A stretch of 54,275 bases of DNA from Rhodanobacteraceae bacterium (lineage in GTDB: Bacteria; Pseudomonadota; Gammaproteobacteria; Xanthomonadales; SZUA-5): the NCBI GenBank assembly GCA_043754435.1, contig JAYUUS010000067.1, positions 1 to 54,275 of the forward strand, written 5' to 3'. Made by a program: the position numbers and the translations under genes. The notes beneath the pieces were generated by a model. It saw only the letters and a program-made list of their open reading frames with translations, searched no databases and was not told the origin of the DNA. This document shows, piece after piece, positions 18,519 through 29,241 of the stretch. Numbering within the stretch: position 1 is the first letter of the stretch; the number at the start of each line of letters is the position of its first letter.

Positions 18519-19835
18519 ATGACGCGATATTATCTTTCCCTGGCCCTGCGTGGGCTTATGCAGCATCGGGCACTGACGGCACTGATGGTCATCGCCATTG
18601 GTTTGGGCATTGCTGCAACCATGACCGGGCTTACTATTGTGGCGCGCTATGGCTCTGATCCCATACCGCAAAAATCTGACCAGCTATTTGCGGTACAGTT
18701 GGACAGCTGGACCGGCGATGCGCCGACCAATGCAGACAACGGTACCGCCCCGCCGAATCAGCTGACCTACAAAGACGCGACTGCGTTAATGCAGCGCGCG
18801 CCAGCAAAACGCCAAACCGCGATGTATGTAACCCGGATTGCGGTGCAGTCCGACAACCCAGGAATCGCGCCGTCTAGACATATCTTTCGTGCGACCCGCA
18901 ATGATTTTTTCGAGTTGTTTGAACTGAAATTTATCTATGGCAGCGCTTGGACTGACAGTGATGATGCCGCAAAAGCCCGGGTGACGGTATTGACTGCGCC
19001 GTTAGCGGAAACGCTGTTCGGCAAAGCCAATCCCATGGGTAAGCAAGTGCAGCTGGGCAGCGAGCATTTCACCGTCACGGGTGTGGTGGAAAGCTTTAAT
19101 CCCAAGCCAAAATTTTATGATCTCAATAACGGCAGCTTGGGCGAAATGGACGAAGCTTATTTTCCCATTGACACTGCGGTCGATGTGCAGATTATTCAGA
19201 TGGGTAACACCAGCTGTTTTGAGTCCCCGGGCGATGGCTGGGTTTCTTTCACGCAGTCCGAATGCGTATGGATTCAATACTGGGCGGAACTAGAAGATGC
19301 GCAGGCGGTGACTAAATATCAGCAATTTATTGATGCTTATGCCGATGAGCAGCGTCTGCTTGGCCGCTTTGACGACACCACCCGCAATAACCATTTGCTC
19401 AACGTCAAGCAATGGCTAACTGCCTGGAAAGTGGTGCCGGAGGACAGCAAATTGTTTGTCTATGTTTCGGTTGGATTTTTACTGGTTTGCTTGATTAATG
19501 CGGTCGGGCTGATGTTGGCGAAGTTTTTGCGTCGCAGCAGTGAACTGAGCGTACGCCGCGCCTTGGGTGCGTCGAAAAAATCGATCTTTATTCAGCACCT
19601 TTTTGAAGCTGGTGTTGTCGGTGCTGCAGGGGCATTGCTCGGTGCGCTGTTGACGCAACTGGGTCTACAAGGCATGCAAGTGCTGTATTCCGAGCTTGCA
19701 AACTTTGCCACCTTAGATCTGCCCATGCTCGGCTTATTAGCGCTTATCTCAATTGGCGCAACGCTGTTAGCGGGCATTTTGCCAGCGTGGCGTGTCAGTC
19801 AATTGCCGCCTGCATACGCTTTAAAAGCAAACTAA
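18519..19835 (+). CDS. ABC transporter permease (MacB/FtsX family)
   Basis: One N-terminal TM, large periplasmic domain, ELSVRRALGA, three C-terminal TMs. Confidence 0.9.
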   Translation: MTRYYLSLALRGLMQHRALTALMVIAIGLGIAATMTGLTIVARYGSDPIPQKSDQLFAVQLDSWTGDAPTNADNGTAPPNQLTYKDATALMQRAPAKRQTAMYVTRIAVQSDNPGIAPSRHIFRATRNDFFELFELKFIYGSAWTDSDDAAKARVTVLTAPLAETLFGKANPMGKQVQLGSEHFTVTGVVESFNPKPKFYDLNNGSLGEMDEAYFPIDTAVDVQIIQMGNTSCFESPGDGWVSFTQSECVWIQYWAELEDAQAVTKYQQFIDAYADEQRLLGRFDDTTRNNHLLNVKQWLTAWKVVPEDSKLFVYVSVGFLLVCLINAVGLMLAKFLRRSSELSVRRALGASKKSIFIQHLFEAGVVGAAGALLGALLTQLGLQGMQVLYSELANFATLDLPMLGLLALISIGATLLAGILPAWRVSQLPPAYALKAN

Positions 19836-19901
19836 CTAAAAATATTTGCGTTAGACAATCCCACGCTAAATCAAAATTGCATTAATTGAGGAGTAAATAA
19901 T

Positions 19902-21107
19902 ATGGGCCCGATCATTCGCGCATTATTTAAACGTAAAACTGCAGCCATTTTAGTGCTGTTAGAGATCGCTATTACGCTTGCCATCGTCAGTAATGCGCTC
20001 AGCTTAATCGCCACCCGCAGCCAACAAATGGCGCGTGAGAGTGGCGTGGATGAGTCACAAGTGTTTTTCTTTGGCAGCGTGGCGATTGATCCTAAAAGCT
20101 ACAACGCCAACGCCGCGTTTAGTGCTGACCGTGCACGCTTGCTGGCGATTGACGGGGTGGAAAATGCCTATGTCACCGATAGCTTGCCGCTCAGCGGCAG
20201 TGGTTCCGACACCACCTTACAAACCGGCCCAGACGATGATCGGGATATTTCCTCCGCCACTTATTACGCCGATGAAAACACCTTAGCGACCTTGGGCGTG
20301 AAATTGATTGCCGGGCGTAACTTCGACGCGCGCGAAATTACTACATTGGCACCGCGCGGTTCGGAAGTTCCGCGGGTAATCATGCTGTCTAAAACTCTTG
20401 CGGATCAGCTGTTTTTCGGCGAATCAGCGATTGGCAAAATTCTGCCCGGGCCTGACAACACGCCGAACGGCCCCGAGGTGATTGGCGTCTATGATCAATT
20501 GCAGGCTCCTTGGGTCGGTTCTGATGCAGTGGAAAATACTTCGCTGATGCCGTTTCGCCCCAGCGTTGCGGTCAACTGGGTGGTTCGGGTCAAGCCTGGG
20601 CAATTGGATCGCGTGCAAAACTTGGCGCGCGAGGTGTTAGCAAAAGCCGATCGCACCCGTGTGATCGGCAGCAAATCCCGCTCGATTGCTGAGCTGCGCA
20701 AAGAAAGCTATGCCGGTGATCGCGCGATGATCGTGCTGATGTCGGGTTTAAGTCTATTGTTAATCACTATTACCGCGCTCGGCATTGTCGGTATGGCGAG
20801 TTTTTGGGTCACGCAGCGCACCAAACAAATTGGCACGCGGCGCGCCCTGGGCGCCACGCGCTCGGCGATTGTGCGCGAATTTCAAGTTGAGAACGCCCTG
20901 TTGACAACAGCGGGGGCGGCGCTCGGTGTTGTCCTCGCCTATGGCTTGAACTACTGGTTTGCCAAACAGGCAAATGTTGCGATGCTGCCAGTGTTTTATG
21001 TGCTAGTCGGCGTTGCAATGGTCTATGCGTTGGGGCAACTGGCCGTGTATCGACCAGCACAACGCGCCAGTCAGGTGTCACCAGCGATTGCCACGCGCAC
21101 GGTCTAG
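19902..21107 (+). CDS. ABC transporter permease (MacB/FtsX family)
   Basis: RTKQIGTRRALGA and PAQRASQVSPAIATR; same topology as the preceding permease. Confidence 0.9.
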   Translation: MGPIIRALFKRKTAAILVLLEIAITLAIVSNALSLIATRSQQMARESGVDESQVFFFGSVAIDPKSYNANAAFSADRARLLAIDGVENAYVTDSLPLSGSGSDTTLQTGPDDDRDISSATYYADENTLATLGVKLIAGRNFDAREITTLAPRGSEVPRVIMLSKTLADQLFFGESAIGKILPGPDNTPNGPEVIGVYDQLQAPWVGSDAVENTSLMPFRPSVAVNWVVRVKPGQLDRVQNLAREVLAKADRTRVIGSKSRSIAELRKESYAGDRAMIVLMSGLSLLLITITALGIVGMASFWVTQRTKQIGTRRALGATRSAIVREFQVENALLTTAGAALGVVLAYGLNYWFAKQANVAMLPVFYVLVGVAMVYALGQLAVYRPAQRASQVSPAIATRTV

Positions 21108-21122
21108 CCTGATGATGCAAGC

Positions 21123-22601
21123 ATGAACTATAAAAGCAGTATGACTGATAAAAACGCACCTGAAAAAAGCCCAATTCAGAATAGTCCACGGATTCTAATC
21201 GTGGATGACAACCCGCAGGTATTGGACGCGCTTGCGCTGTTGTTTACTTTGGATGGCTATCAGTCCGAACAGGCGCATGACCCGGCCGCAGCACTTGCGC
21301 TGTTTGAGGCGTCACAATTGCGCGGTGCGCCGTTTGATTTGGTGGTGCAGGATATGAACTTTTCCACTGACACCACGGGCGGTGCGGAGGGCTTGCACCT
21401 GTTTGCGCAGCTGCGCGCACTGAATCCAGATATTCCGATTGTTTTGTTGACCGCCTGGACGCATTTGGAACAGGCGGTCGAACTGGTGAAGGCAGGTGCT
21501 GCAGACTATTTGGCGAAGCCTTGGCACGACGAAAAGCTGCGCATTAGCGTGCGCAATTTGCTGGAGTTGAGCGAACAGCGCGCCTTGGCCGCGCGTTTAC
21601 GCTTGGCGGCGCACTTTGATGCCGCAGATCGGGCGCAGGCGCTCAGCAAAATTGATTTGCGCGGCGGTTTATTTGTGTCTAGCGCCATGCAAGCGCTGGT
21701 GCAGATGGCGGCGCGCGTGGCGCCCAGCGATGTCGCGGTGTTAATTAGTGGCCCAAACGGCGCGGGCAAGGAGCGCATTGCCGAAATCGTGCACTACAAC
21801 TCTAGCGTAAAGACCGGCAATTTAGTGGTGCTCAACTGCGGTGCACTGCCGGTGGATTTGATTGAAGCGGAACTATTTGGTGCGGATGCTGGTGCCTACA
21901 CGGGTATTGCCAAAGCCCGCGAAGGCCGTTTTGAAGCGGCCGATGGCGGCACTTTGTTTTTAGACGAAATTGGCAATTTGAGCTTGAGCGGGCAGATGAA
22001 GCTATTGCGCGTTTTAGAAACCGGGCGCTTCGAGCGCTTGGGCTCAACCAAAACACGCCAAGTTAAAGTGCGCGTGATTTCTGCCACCAACGCCGATTTA
22101 CCCGCGCAAATTCGCGCCGGGCAATTCCGTGAAGATCTCTACTATCGTTTGAACGTGGTGCCGCTGGTGCTGCCGCCGCTGCATGAACGCTTGGCCGACA
22201 TTGTGCCGCTAGCCCTTTCTTTTTTGCGCCATAGCGTGCGCTTAAGCGCCAACGCGCAGGCGGCGTTGAAACGTCACACTTGGCCCGGAAACGTGCGTGA
22301 GCTGCGCAATGTGATGACGCGCGCCAGTTTGATGTGTACTAACCAAGTGATTGAGCCGCAGGATTTAGCCTTGCCGGATTTAGCGCCGCCCGCTTTACTT
22401 GGCAACGCAGCTGGCCGCGTCGAGCCTATTGAGAATAGTCATGCCCAAGCAAACGCTAAAGAGCCGAGCCGCGCCGAGCTTGAAGCCGCACTCTTGCAAA
22501 GCGGCAATGTCGTTGCGGATGCTGCGGCCATGCTCGGCATGACGCGGCAATCGCTGTATCGGCGCATGGAGCGATTTGGAATCGCGCGCGGCGAACGCTA
22601 A
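21123..22601 (+). CDS. Sigma-54-dependent response regulator (NtrC/Fis family)
   Basis: REC domain (IVDD, QDMNF, AKP), AAA domain (GPNGAGKE, ELFG..GAYTG, FLDEIG, WPGNVREL), C-terminal Fis HTH. Confidence 0.95.
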   Translation: MNYKSSMTDKNAPEKSPIQNSPRILIVDDNPQVLDALALLFTLDGYQSEQAHDPAAALALFEASQLRGAPFDLVVQDMNFSTDTTGGAEGLHLFAQLRALNPDIPIVLLTAWTHLEQAVELVKAGAADYLAKPWHDEKLRISVRNLLELSEQRALAARLRLAAHFDAADRAQALSKIDLRGGLFVSSAMQALVQMAARVAPSDVAVLISGPNGAGKERIAEIVHYNSSVKTGNLVVLNCGALPVDLIEAELFGADAGAYTGIAKAREGRFEAADGGTLFLDEIGNLSLSGQMKLLRVLETGRFERLGSTKTRQVKVRVISATNADLPAQIRAGQFREDLYYRLNVVPLVLPPLHERLADIVPLALSFLRHSVRLSANAQAALKRHTWPGNVRELRNVMTRASLMCTNQVIEPQDLALPDLAPPALLGNAAGRVEPIENSHAQANAKEPSRAELEAALLQSGNVVADAAAMLGMTRQSLYRRMERFGIARGER

Positions 22602-23929
22602 TGCGGCGCACGTTGCAACTCATTGGTTTCGTGCTGGCGTTGCTGGTGCTGATTGCCGCCCCGAATTTGCTTTATCGCAATCACTCTCCATTGAGCGCAA
22701 TTTTGCTCAGCATTGGCGGGGCGATAGGGTTGGCAATTGGCTATCAATATGTGCTGTGGCAACCGTTCGCACAGCAGCTAAAAGCACTGAGTTCTTTAGT
22801 CGCAGCTTGGCGCGATCAAGATTTTTCCACTTCTATCGCAAAACCCGAAAACGCCCACTTAAATGAGTTGACGCAAACGCTAAACGCCCTTGGCGACACC
22901 TTGCGCTCAGAACGCGTGAACCTAGTCCAGCGCGAGCTAATGCTAGATACCGTGATTCAAAACACGCCAACCGCGCTGGTGCTGGTGGCGATGAATCAGC
23001 GGGTCGTGGTGTGCAACTTAGCCGCGCGCGAGCTTTTCAATGCTGGCAAACGCTTTGAAGGCGAAGCTTGGGATGCGGTGATTGTGCGGCTGCCGGAAGC
23101 CTTGCGCGAAGCATTAACGAGCGGGCACGAAGGTTTGGTGACGCTGGAGCAGGCGGGTGCTGACGCTGGCAGCGAGGAAATATTTCATCTTTCCCAGCGG
23201 CAATTCACACTGCAGGCGCGCCCGCACCGGCTGATTTTGCTGCGCCGCATGACCACGGAATTAGCGCGCCAGGAAGTAGCGACCTGGAAAAAAGTGATTC
23301 GCGTCATCAGCCATGAACTCAATAATTCCTTGGCACCGATTTCGTCGATGGCACACAGCGGCGCGGTGCTATTGGCACGCGGGCAGTTAGAGCCTTTGAC
23401 CAAAGTTTTCGCCACCATCAGCGAACGCAGCACGCACTTAGCGCAATTTATCGCCAGCTACGCGCGCGTCGCGAAGTTGCCGCTGCCGCAGCGCAGCGCG
23501 GTGCACTGGCCTAGTTTGCTCGAGCGGGTAATCGCTGCGGCCAGCGCGGGTGTCATCACCACCTGCCCTGATTGCTTCTGTGATATCGACGTCGTGCAAA
23601 TCGAGCAGATGTTGATTAATTTGCTAAAAAATGCGGTTGAAGCTGGATCTGAGCCCAAGCAAATCAGCTTATCGGTTTACGCCAGCAACAATGGCATGCA
23701 AAGGGGCTTCAATTTAGCAGTCGCTGATCGCGGCAGCGGCATGTCCGATTTGGTCATGGCCAGCGCCTTACTGCCGTTTTATTCGACCAAACGCACGCCC
23801 AATGATGGCTCCGGCAGCGGCCTAGGCCTAGCACTGGCGCGCGAAATTGCCGAGGCGCACGGTGGCCGCATTAGCTTGAGCAACCGCGAGGGCGGCGGTT
23901 TGCTGGTGCGGGTGTTTTTGCCGACGTAG
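22601..23929 (+). CDS. Sensor histidine kinase (two closely spaced TMs, HAMP, PAS)
   Basis: SHELNNSL H-box, NLLKNAVEA, DRGSG, GSGLGL. Confidence 0.92.
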   Translation: MRRTLQLIGFVLALLVLIAAPNLLYRNHSPLSAILLSIGGAIGLAIGYQYVLWQPFAQQLKALSSLVAAWRDQDFSTSIAKPENAHLNELTQTLNALGDTLRSERVNLVQRELMLDTVIQNTPTALVLVAMNQRVVVCNLAARELFNAGKRFEGEAWDAVIVRLPEALREALTSGHEGLVTLEQAGADAGSEEIFHLSQRQFTLQARPHRLILLRRMTTELARQEVATWKKVIRVISHELNNSLAPISSMAHSGAVLLARGQLEPLTKVFATISERSTHLAQFIASYARVAKLPLPQRSAVHWPSLLERVIAAASAGVITTCPDCFCDIDVVQIEQMLINLLKNAVEAGSEPKQISLSVYASNNGMQRGFNLAVADRGSGMSDLVMASALLPFYSTKRTPNDGSGSGLGLALAREIAEAHGGRISLSNREGGGLLVRVFLPT

Positions 23930-23939
23930 CATCGCACCG

Positions 23940-26924
23940 CTACTCCTGCGCCCCCGGCGTTTGCGCCATCGGCGGCACCGGCGCAAAATAACCAACGGTC
24001 GCCAGCAAGGCACCTACACCAAGCGTGGCGAAAATGCCGGGTAGCTCGCCTAAATTATGGCGATCCACCAGCAGCATTTTTGCCAGCACCACACCCATTA
24101 ACGCGGCACCCGCAAACCACACTGGGCGGCGCGATCTTGCGTGACCAAGCAGCATTGCGCCACAGCCAGCCAAGGCCCAAACCAGCGCCAAAGCCGCTTG
24201 CCCGGTGCGATTAAAAAACGCGTGGCCAAGTGTCGCCAGACTCGGATCGTAAACCTGCACCACGGCGCGTAAGGTAAACGCGGTGAGCAGCCAAAACGCC
24301 AATACCAGCAGGGGGTATTTTGCCGCATCATTTAACTGGCCGAATTCATCGCGCGCAGCCAAAGTGAGCAACGCAAACAGCGCCAACAGGGTTATTTCAA
24401 GCGGGTTAAGCAGCGGGATAAAGTGGAACGGTGTGCTGTCGCCGCGCAGCACCGAACCGCCGAGCAGCGCAAGCGTGATGCCCACTGCCCACACTTGGGT
24501 TAGTTGCGGGCGCCAGCTGATGCTGGGATCGTTAAAGAACTGCTGCAATGGGGTTGCAACCGCAGCAATATTGCGAATCAACATAAAAAATACGATGGCA
24601 AACGAAGCAATATTCAGAGCAAAACGTAGGCCCTCGCTCAGCGTCGAACCGTGCATTTGCGAATCCAGCACCAAGCTCACCAGAAAACATACGCCGATTA
24701 GCCAAAGGCTGTGTGCTAATTTCAAGCCGAAGCCTGGAAAGCTGAGACTGCTGGCACTCGGCAAGCCGCCTATCTGCTCGGCGGGCTTTGCCAGCAGCGC
24801 CATACTGATAACCGAAGCAACTAGATAGCCGGCTAATGCTAAGCCGCGATAATTTTCTAATATGGGGCCAACCACCGATGCAAACAGCGCCACCGGCCCA
24901 AGTACCGCGAGCGGCAACAGTGCGCCTATACGCAAGCTGTCGAATTTTAGTGCGCCGCGTGCCAGTGCAGACAGCAGCATCGTAAGCGCCAAAAATGCAA
25001 TAGCGGCGGCAGGTTGAAAGCTGGAAAGCACATGCCTGTCAATTTCGCTGATACCCGCAAAGCTCCACCACAGCAGGCCAAAAACCGCACCCAGCCATGC
25101 CAGGGGCGCAAGCTGTGCGCCGACACTGCCATCCTCTTTAGGTGTGCGACCCAGCAGCCAACCGCAGGCAAAACTAGACAAAGCCAGGAGCAAAGCGCCG
25201 AGGCACTTAGCGTTCCAGAATGCCGGCACTTCGGTCATTGCCACGTAGCCATTGAAGTAGGAGAACCAGGCAAATACCTGCAAAAGCAAACCCAACAGCA
25301 CGGGCGCAGTGCGCTTTTGATTTAAGCCGAGCCAAAGCACCGCAGCACCTTCCATTGCCCACAATGCACTGGTGATTTGGGCATTGAAATACAGCGGGAT
25401 TGCGAGCGTGAAAAACGTCACCGCTAGAATGGTAAAGCACTTACGCAGCAGGCTCGCTTGTTCTTGCGTGCGCAGCGTGTAGCTCAAGCCGCCATAAATC
25501 AGCGCAGCGCCAAAACTGGAGAGCGCTAATTTCTTATCCTGACCGGCAAGCAACCCCGCCTGCGCGCCCAAAGTAGCCAGCGGTACGCCAAACACCAATA
25601 CGCCATCGAGCACCGGCTTGCCCGCACCGTGTCGAAGCGTGTAGAGCACGGTGATCGCTAAATAGATCGCAAAGAACGCCAGTAAAAAGGGTTCTACATT
25701 GCCAAAAAACTCTGGGCGGTAGTAATTAGCACCCCAACCGATGCCGATGCCAAAAGTACAGATCGCGCCTAAGAAATTAAGACTGCGCCAGCCTTTCTTT
25801 AACGCAATTGCCAAAATCCCTAAATTCAGAATCAAATAGTAGCCAAACAGATGGACGTAATTTCCGCCGCCCGTGGACGCCAATATCGGTGCCGCAAAAC
25901 CCCCGATTGTGGCGAATAGCGCCAGCCAAAGCGCGTCTTGCATGACCGCAAGCACCACACCGACAGCGACGATCACCAACATCAGGCCAAATGCTGCTGC
26001 GCCATCAAGCAAGTGATATAGCTGCAACGCGGCATATACCGTTAGCAGCAATGCGCCCAACCCCGCACCCTGCACGCTTAAGGAAAAGCTGCGTTTCTCG
26101 ACCCGCTTGCCGTAACCAAAAACAATCGCCGCAATTGCCGCCAACGCGACCGCGATCAAACGCAAACCGATCGGAATGTCGAAATAGCCGCGCGCGGCCA
26201 AATAGCGGTAGCCCGAGGCTAAGCCGACCAAAAGCAGCAACATGCCCAACTTTATTGGCCAATTTTCAAAACTGAGCAGCTTGTTCGCCCATTCTGGCAG
26301 TTCCGGTGCGGGCGGCATGGCATCTGGTGCGATGTAACTCGGTGTCGGCTTCGGCGCATCCCAAGCGTTATTCGGGCTGGGTGACGCTTTGGGTGCCTGT
26401 GGGACGCCCCAGCCGGGTTCGGGCTGGGGTATTGGCGAGGCTTTCAGCAGCGCTGGGGGCAAAACTACAGCGGGTTCGCTGGCACGATACTGCGCACGAG
26501 CGGATGCCGCAGGGTTTACTAATTCAAGCGTTGGCCATGCTAACGGCGGCAGTTCTGTTGGTGCTGTGTCAGATGCTGCTGATGGTGTAATCGGTGCTTC
26601 CAGGGTAGGTTCATAGGCTTGCGGCATCGGCTCAATACCTGAACGCACGGGCGGTGGCACCGGATTCGCAGCATAGGATTTTCGCGGCGGCACCGCAGGC
26701 ACGATGTAGGGGCGCTCTGGACTCAATTGCGCATTAGAATCCGGCTGCCGCTCAAAATTAGGAGAGCGATCTTGCTCGATTAGACTCAAACGCTGCTTCA
26801 AAGCGCTAACACGTGCCATAAGTGCTGCGATCAAGCCGCCAATAATCATAAAAGTAAGCGCCTGCGCATCGCTGGCATAAAGCAACAGTGCTAGAAACGC
26901 GCCGAGAAAAAAGTAACCGACCAT
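23940..26924 (-). CDS. DUF2339-family large integral membrane protein
   Basis: Pro-rich linker, then NWPIKLG, GGFAAPILASTG, WAMEGA and many TM helices. Confidence 0.8.
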   Translation of the reverse strand: MVGYFFLGAFLALLLYASDAQALTFMIIGGLIAALMARVSALKQRLSLIEQDRSPNFERQPDSNAQLSPERPYIVPAVPPRKSYAANPVPPPVRSGIEPMPQAYEPTLEAPITPSAASDTAPTELPPLAWPTLELVNPAASARAQYRASEPAVVLPPALLKASPIPQPEPGWGVPQAPKASPSPNNAWDAPKPTPSYIAPDAMPPAPELPEWANKLLSFENWPIKLGMLLLLVGLASGYRYLAARGYFDIPIGLRLIAVALAAIAAIVFGYGKRVEKRSFSLSVQGAGLGALLLTVYAALQLYHLLDGAAAFGLMLVIVAVGVVLAVMQDALWLALFATIGGFAAPILASTGGGNYVHLFGYYLILNLGILAIALKKGWRSLNFLGAICTFGIGIGWGANYYRPEFFGNVEPFLLAFFAIYLAITVLYTLRHGAGKPVLDGVLVFGVPLATLGAQAGLLAGQDKKLALSSFGAALIYGGLSYTLRTQEQASLLRKCFTILAVTFFTLAIPLYFNAQITSALWAMEGAAVLWLGLNQKRTAPVLLGLLLQVFAWFSYFNGYVAMTEVPAFWNAKCLGALLLALSSFACGWLLGRTPKEDGSVGAQLAPLAWLGAVFGLLWWSFAGISEIDRHVLSSFQPAAAIAFLALTMLLSALARGALKFDSLRIGALLPLAVLGPVALFASVVGPILENYRGLALAGYLVASVISMALLAKPAEQIGGLPSASSLSFPGFGLKLAHSLWLIGVCFLVSLVLDSQMHGSTLSEGLRFALNIASFAIVFFMLIRNIAAVATPLQQFFNDPSISWRPQLTQVWAVGITLALLGGSVLRGDSTPFHFIPLLNPLEITLLALFALLTLAARDEFGQLNDAAKYPLLVLAFWLLTAFTLRAVVQVYDPSLATLGHAFFNRTGQAALALVWALAGCGAMLLGHARSRRPVWFAGAALMGVVLAKMLLVDRHNLGELPGIFATLGVGALLATVGYFAPVPPMAQTPGAQE

Positions 26925-27104
26925 TGTGATATCGCCTTTGTGGGGCCTGGATGCCCCAACGTTTGATTTTTGAGAAAAAATAATTCAGGCGCAATCAGGC
27001 CGTATTTTCTTGCCAAGCTCAAGCCCGTAAAGCTGAGTATCGGCGATTGATACTGGCGATGCTTGATACTGCCCTTCACGATGTTGATGCGCGGGCGATA
27101 TCGC

Positions 27105-28658
27105 TTATTTGGTTTTAAGCTCGCTTAGTTCTTGGCGCTGTGCCGGCAAGCGCACTTCCATGCGCACGCCGCCCAACTCCGAAGCGCTAGCATTTAGCGT
27201 GCCGCCGTGCGCTATCACGATCATTTTGGCGATTGCCAAACCCAAACCTGCGCCGCCGTGCGCGCGGCTGCGCGAGGTATCGGCGCGAAACAGCGGCTCG
27301 GTCAAGCGCGCCAATTGCTCCAGGGCTACGCCCGGCGCGCTATCGTCAATGCTCACGCACCAATATTCGCCCACACACTCCAGCGCGATCACGATCTGGC
27401 CGTTGCGGTCGGTGTAGCGCACGCAATTGCTCAAAATATTCGTAAACACCTGCGCGAGTCGACGTGCATCTGCGCGCACCCAGCTTTCGCCTGCCGCCTC
27501 ATTAGCCATCAGCGGTGGAGCTAGCGGACGCAAATGCAAACCCGCCTGCGCAATCGAACTCTTTTGCGCGTTGACGGCGGTGTTGACGAGTTCACGTAAA
27601 TCGATCGGCTCAAAGCGATAGTCCAGTGCGCCAATATCAGACAAACTCAGCTGATACAAATCTTCAATCAACATCGTCAAGCGCTCGATTTCGCTGGACA
27701 GCGATGCCAACGCCGCCGCATCCGCCTTGCGCACGCCATCCTCTAAGGCTTGGATCTCTGCGCGCAGCACCGTGACCGGCGTGCGCAGCTCGTGCGAGAT
27801 ATCCGCCGTCCAACGCCGCCTAGCATCGCGCGCCTGCTCCAGCGCCTGGGCGGTGCGATCAAACGTTTGCGCCAACTCCCCTATTTCATCCGTGCGCTGG
27901 ATGCTTGATCGGGCCGAAAAGTCCCCATCGGCAATGCGCTTTGCGGTTTGACTCAGCGCCCGCAAAGGTGCTGTCAGTAGCCGCGCCAAAAAAATTGAGG
28001 CGAGCAGCGCGATCGCTAAAACAATCAGCCCCAGCACAATGCTGGCGCGCAGTTGGTCGCGAACAAAGTGTCGATCCCATTCGGAATTTAACGCGGGCAG
28101 TTTTATCAGTCGCAGCTCCCCAATTTTTTGCGTTGCCAGCATCAGTCGCAAAATATGCGCGGATTGCGTGGTGTTCGGATTGCCGGCAACCCGCCGTCCC
28201 TGCGCATCAAACAAACCAAAACGCTGGACAAAATCAAGCGCATCTGGAGAGGGGCCTGGACGCTGCGGCGGTGAACCCTCACGCGGTGGCGGTGGCGGTG
28301 GCGGTGGGCGATCACCGTCCCACGGCGGGGGCTGACCGTCGTGCATGGGTGGCGCACGCTCATCGCGCGGCGGCGGTCGCTGCCAATCAATTTGCGCATA
28401 GCTAAGATCCGCCCGCCCGGCTTCCACCAAGCGCCCCAAGCGCTGCGGCCGCTCGCTCAGCATGGCAAAACCGCCCTGCTGTTGATAATCCTCCAGCACC
28501 AATGCCGCTACATTGCGCGCCTGATCAAGCTCAATACGATCTAAATATCCCAACAACCCACGCTCTAGCCGGGCTTGCTGCAGCGCGATGAGGGCCGTAG
28601 TTGCAAGCAACACCAGCACCGCCGACACTAAAAAAATTCGCTGCCACAACCGCATCAA
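27105..28658 (-). CDS. BaeS-like sensor histidine kinase
   Basis: Two TMs, HAMP, DISHELRTP, NILSNCVRY, GGAGLGLAI; Pro-rich periplasmic segment. Confidence 0.88.
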   Translation of the reverse strand: MMRLWQRIFLVSAVLVLLATTALIALQQARLERGLLGYLDRIELDQARNVAALVLEDYQQQGGFAMLSERPQRLGRLVEAGRADLSYAQIDWQRPPPRDERAPPMHDGQPPPWDGDRPPPPPPPPREGSPPQRPGPSPDALDFVQRFGLFDAQGRRVAGNPNTTQSAHILRLMLATQKIGELRLIKLPALNSEWDRHFVRDQLRASIVLGLIVLAIALLASIFLARLLTAPLRALSQTAKRIADGDFSARSSIQRTDEIGELAQTFDRTAQALEQARDARRRWTADISHELRTPVTVLRAEIQALEDGVRKADAAALASLSSEIERLTMLIEDLYQLSLSDIGALDYRFEPIDLRELVNTAVNAQKSSIAQAGLHLRPLAPPLMANEAAGESWVRADARRLAQVFTNILSNCVRYTDRNGQIVIALECVGEYWCVSIDDSAPGVALEQLARLTEPLFRADTSRSRAHGGAGLGLAIAKMIVIAHGGTLNASASELGGVRMEVRLPAQRQELSELKTK

Positions 28659-28994
28659 TAAGTCCTAACTCAAGCTATGCGCTAAACAATAGCGGCATCC
28701 AGGCCTTAGCAGAACCGCGAAATGCAAAATCCACGGAATCTCCTCGATTCGCGCAGCGAAACATTCGCTTACTGGCTGACTACCCGCTGGCTCAAGCGCA
28801 AGCTGTGCGGCCGAGCAAGTATTCGACATGGCTGCACGGTTTTGCGCCGATCCGCTGACACAAAGCGTGCGCAATCAGGAAGTCCTTTCGCCCATGTGCC
28901 GCGCAAACTCCGCAGACGCGCTCAGCAATGTCAGCCTAGGTTCTTTGCTAGGCCTAGAACTTGGCGTTCGATAAATTTTTCTTTTTCCTCGAAT

Positions 28995-29234
28995 CTAGAT
29001 CAGCGCCGTGGAGGCCAAATCGCACGATCGTGGTGCGCGATTTGGCAATGCGCTGACAAACTGCTCGCAGGCTGTGTAGGCAGCCCTACCCGGTGCGGGA
29101 GTGAGCAGCATCGGACGCTCGAAATGGTGGTAGTAGCGTTCTGATAGCCATGCGCCCGATAAGACCGTTGGCAGAACAAACAACAATGGCCAAAGGCACT
29201 TTTTTTGACGTTGGATGACTCCGAGCAACCCCAT
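28995..29234 (-). CDS. Small hypothetical membrane-anchored protein (79 aa)
   Basis: ATG 7 nt after the TPR gene stop, on the same strand; one hydrophobic segment and a C-terminal Cys pair. Confidence 0.35.
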   Translation of the reverse strand: MGLLGVIQRQKKCLWPLLFVLPTVLSGAWLSERYYHHFERPMLLTPAPGRAAYTACEQFVSALPNRAPRSCDLASTALI

Positions 29235-29241
29235 GTTCTGG

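Noticed and set aside
28722-29144. 140-aa plus-strand ORF between the kinase and TPR genes
   Set aside because: Arg/Ser-rich with no motif, and opposite in orientation to all neighbours; probably spurious.
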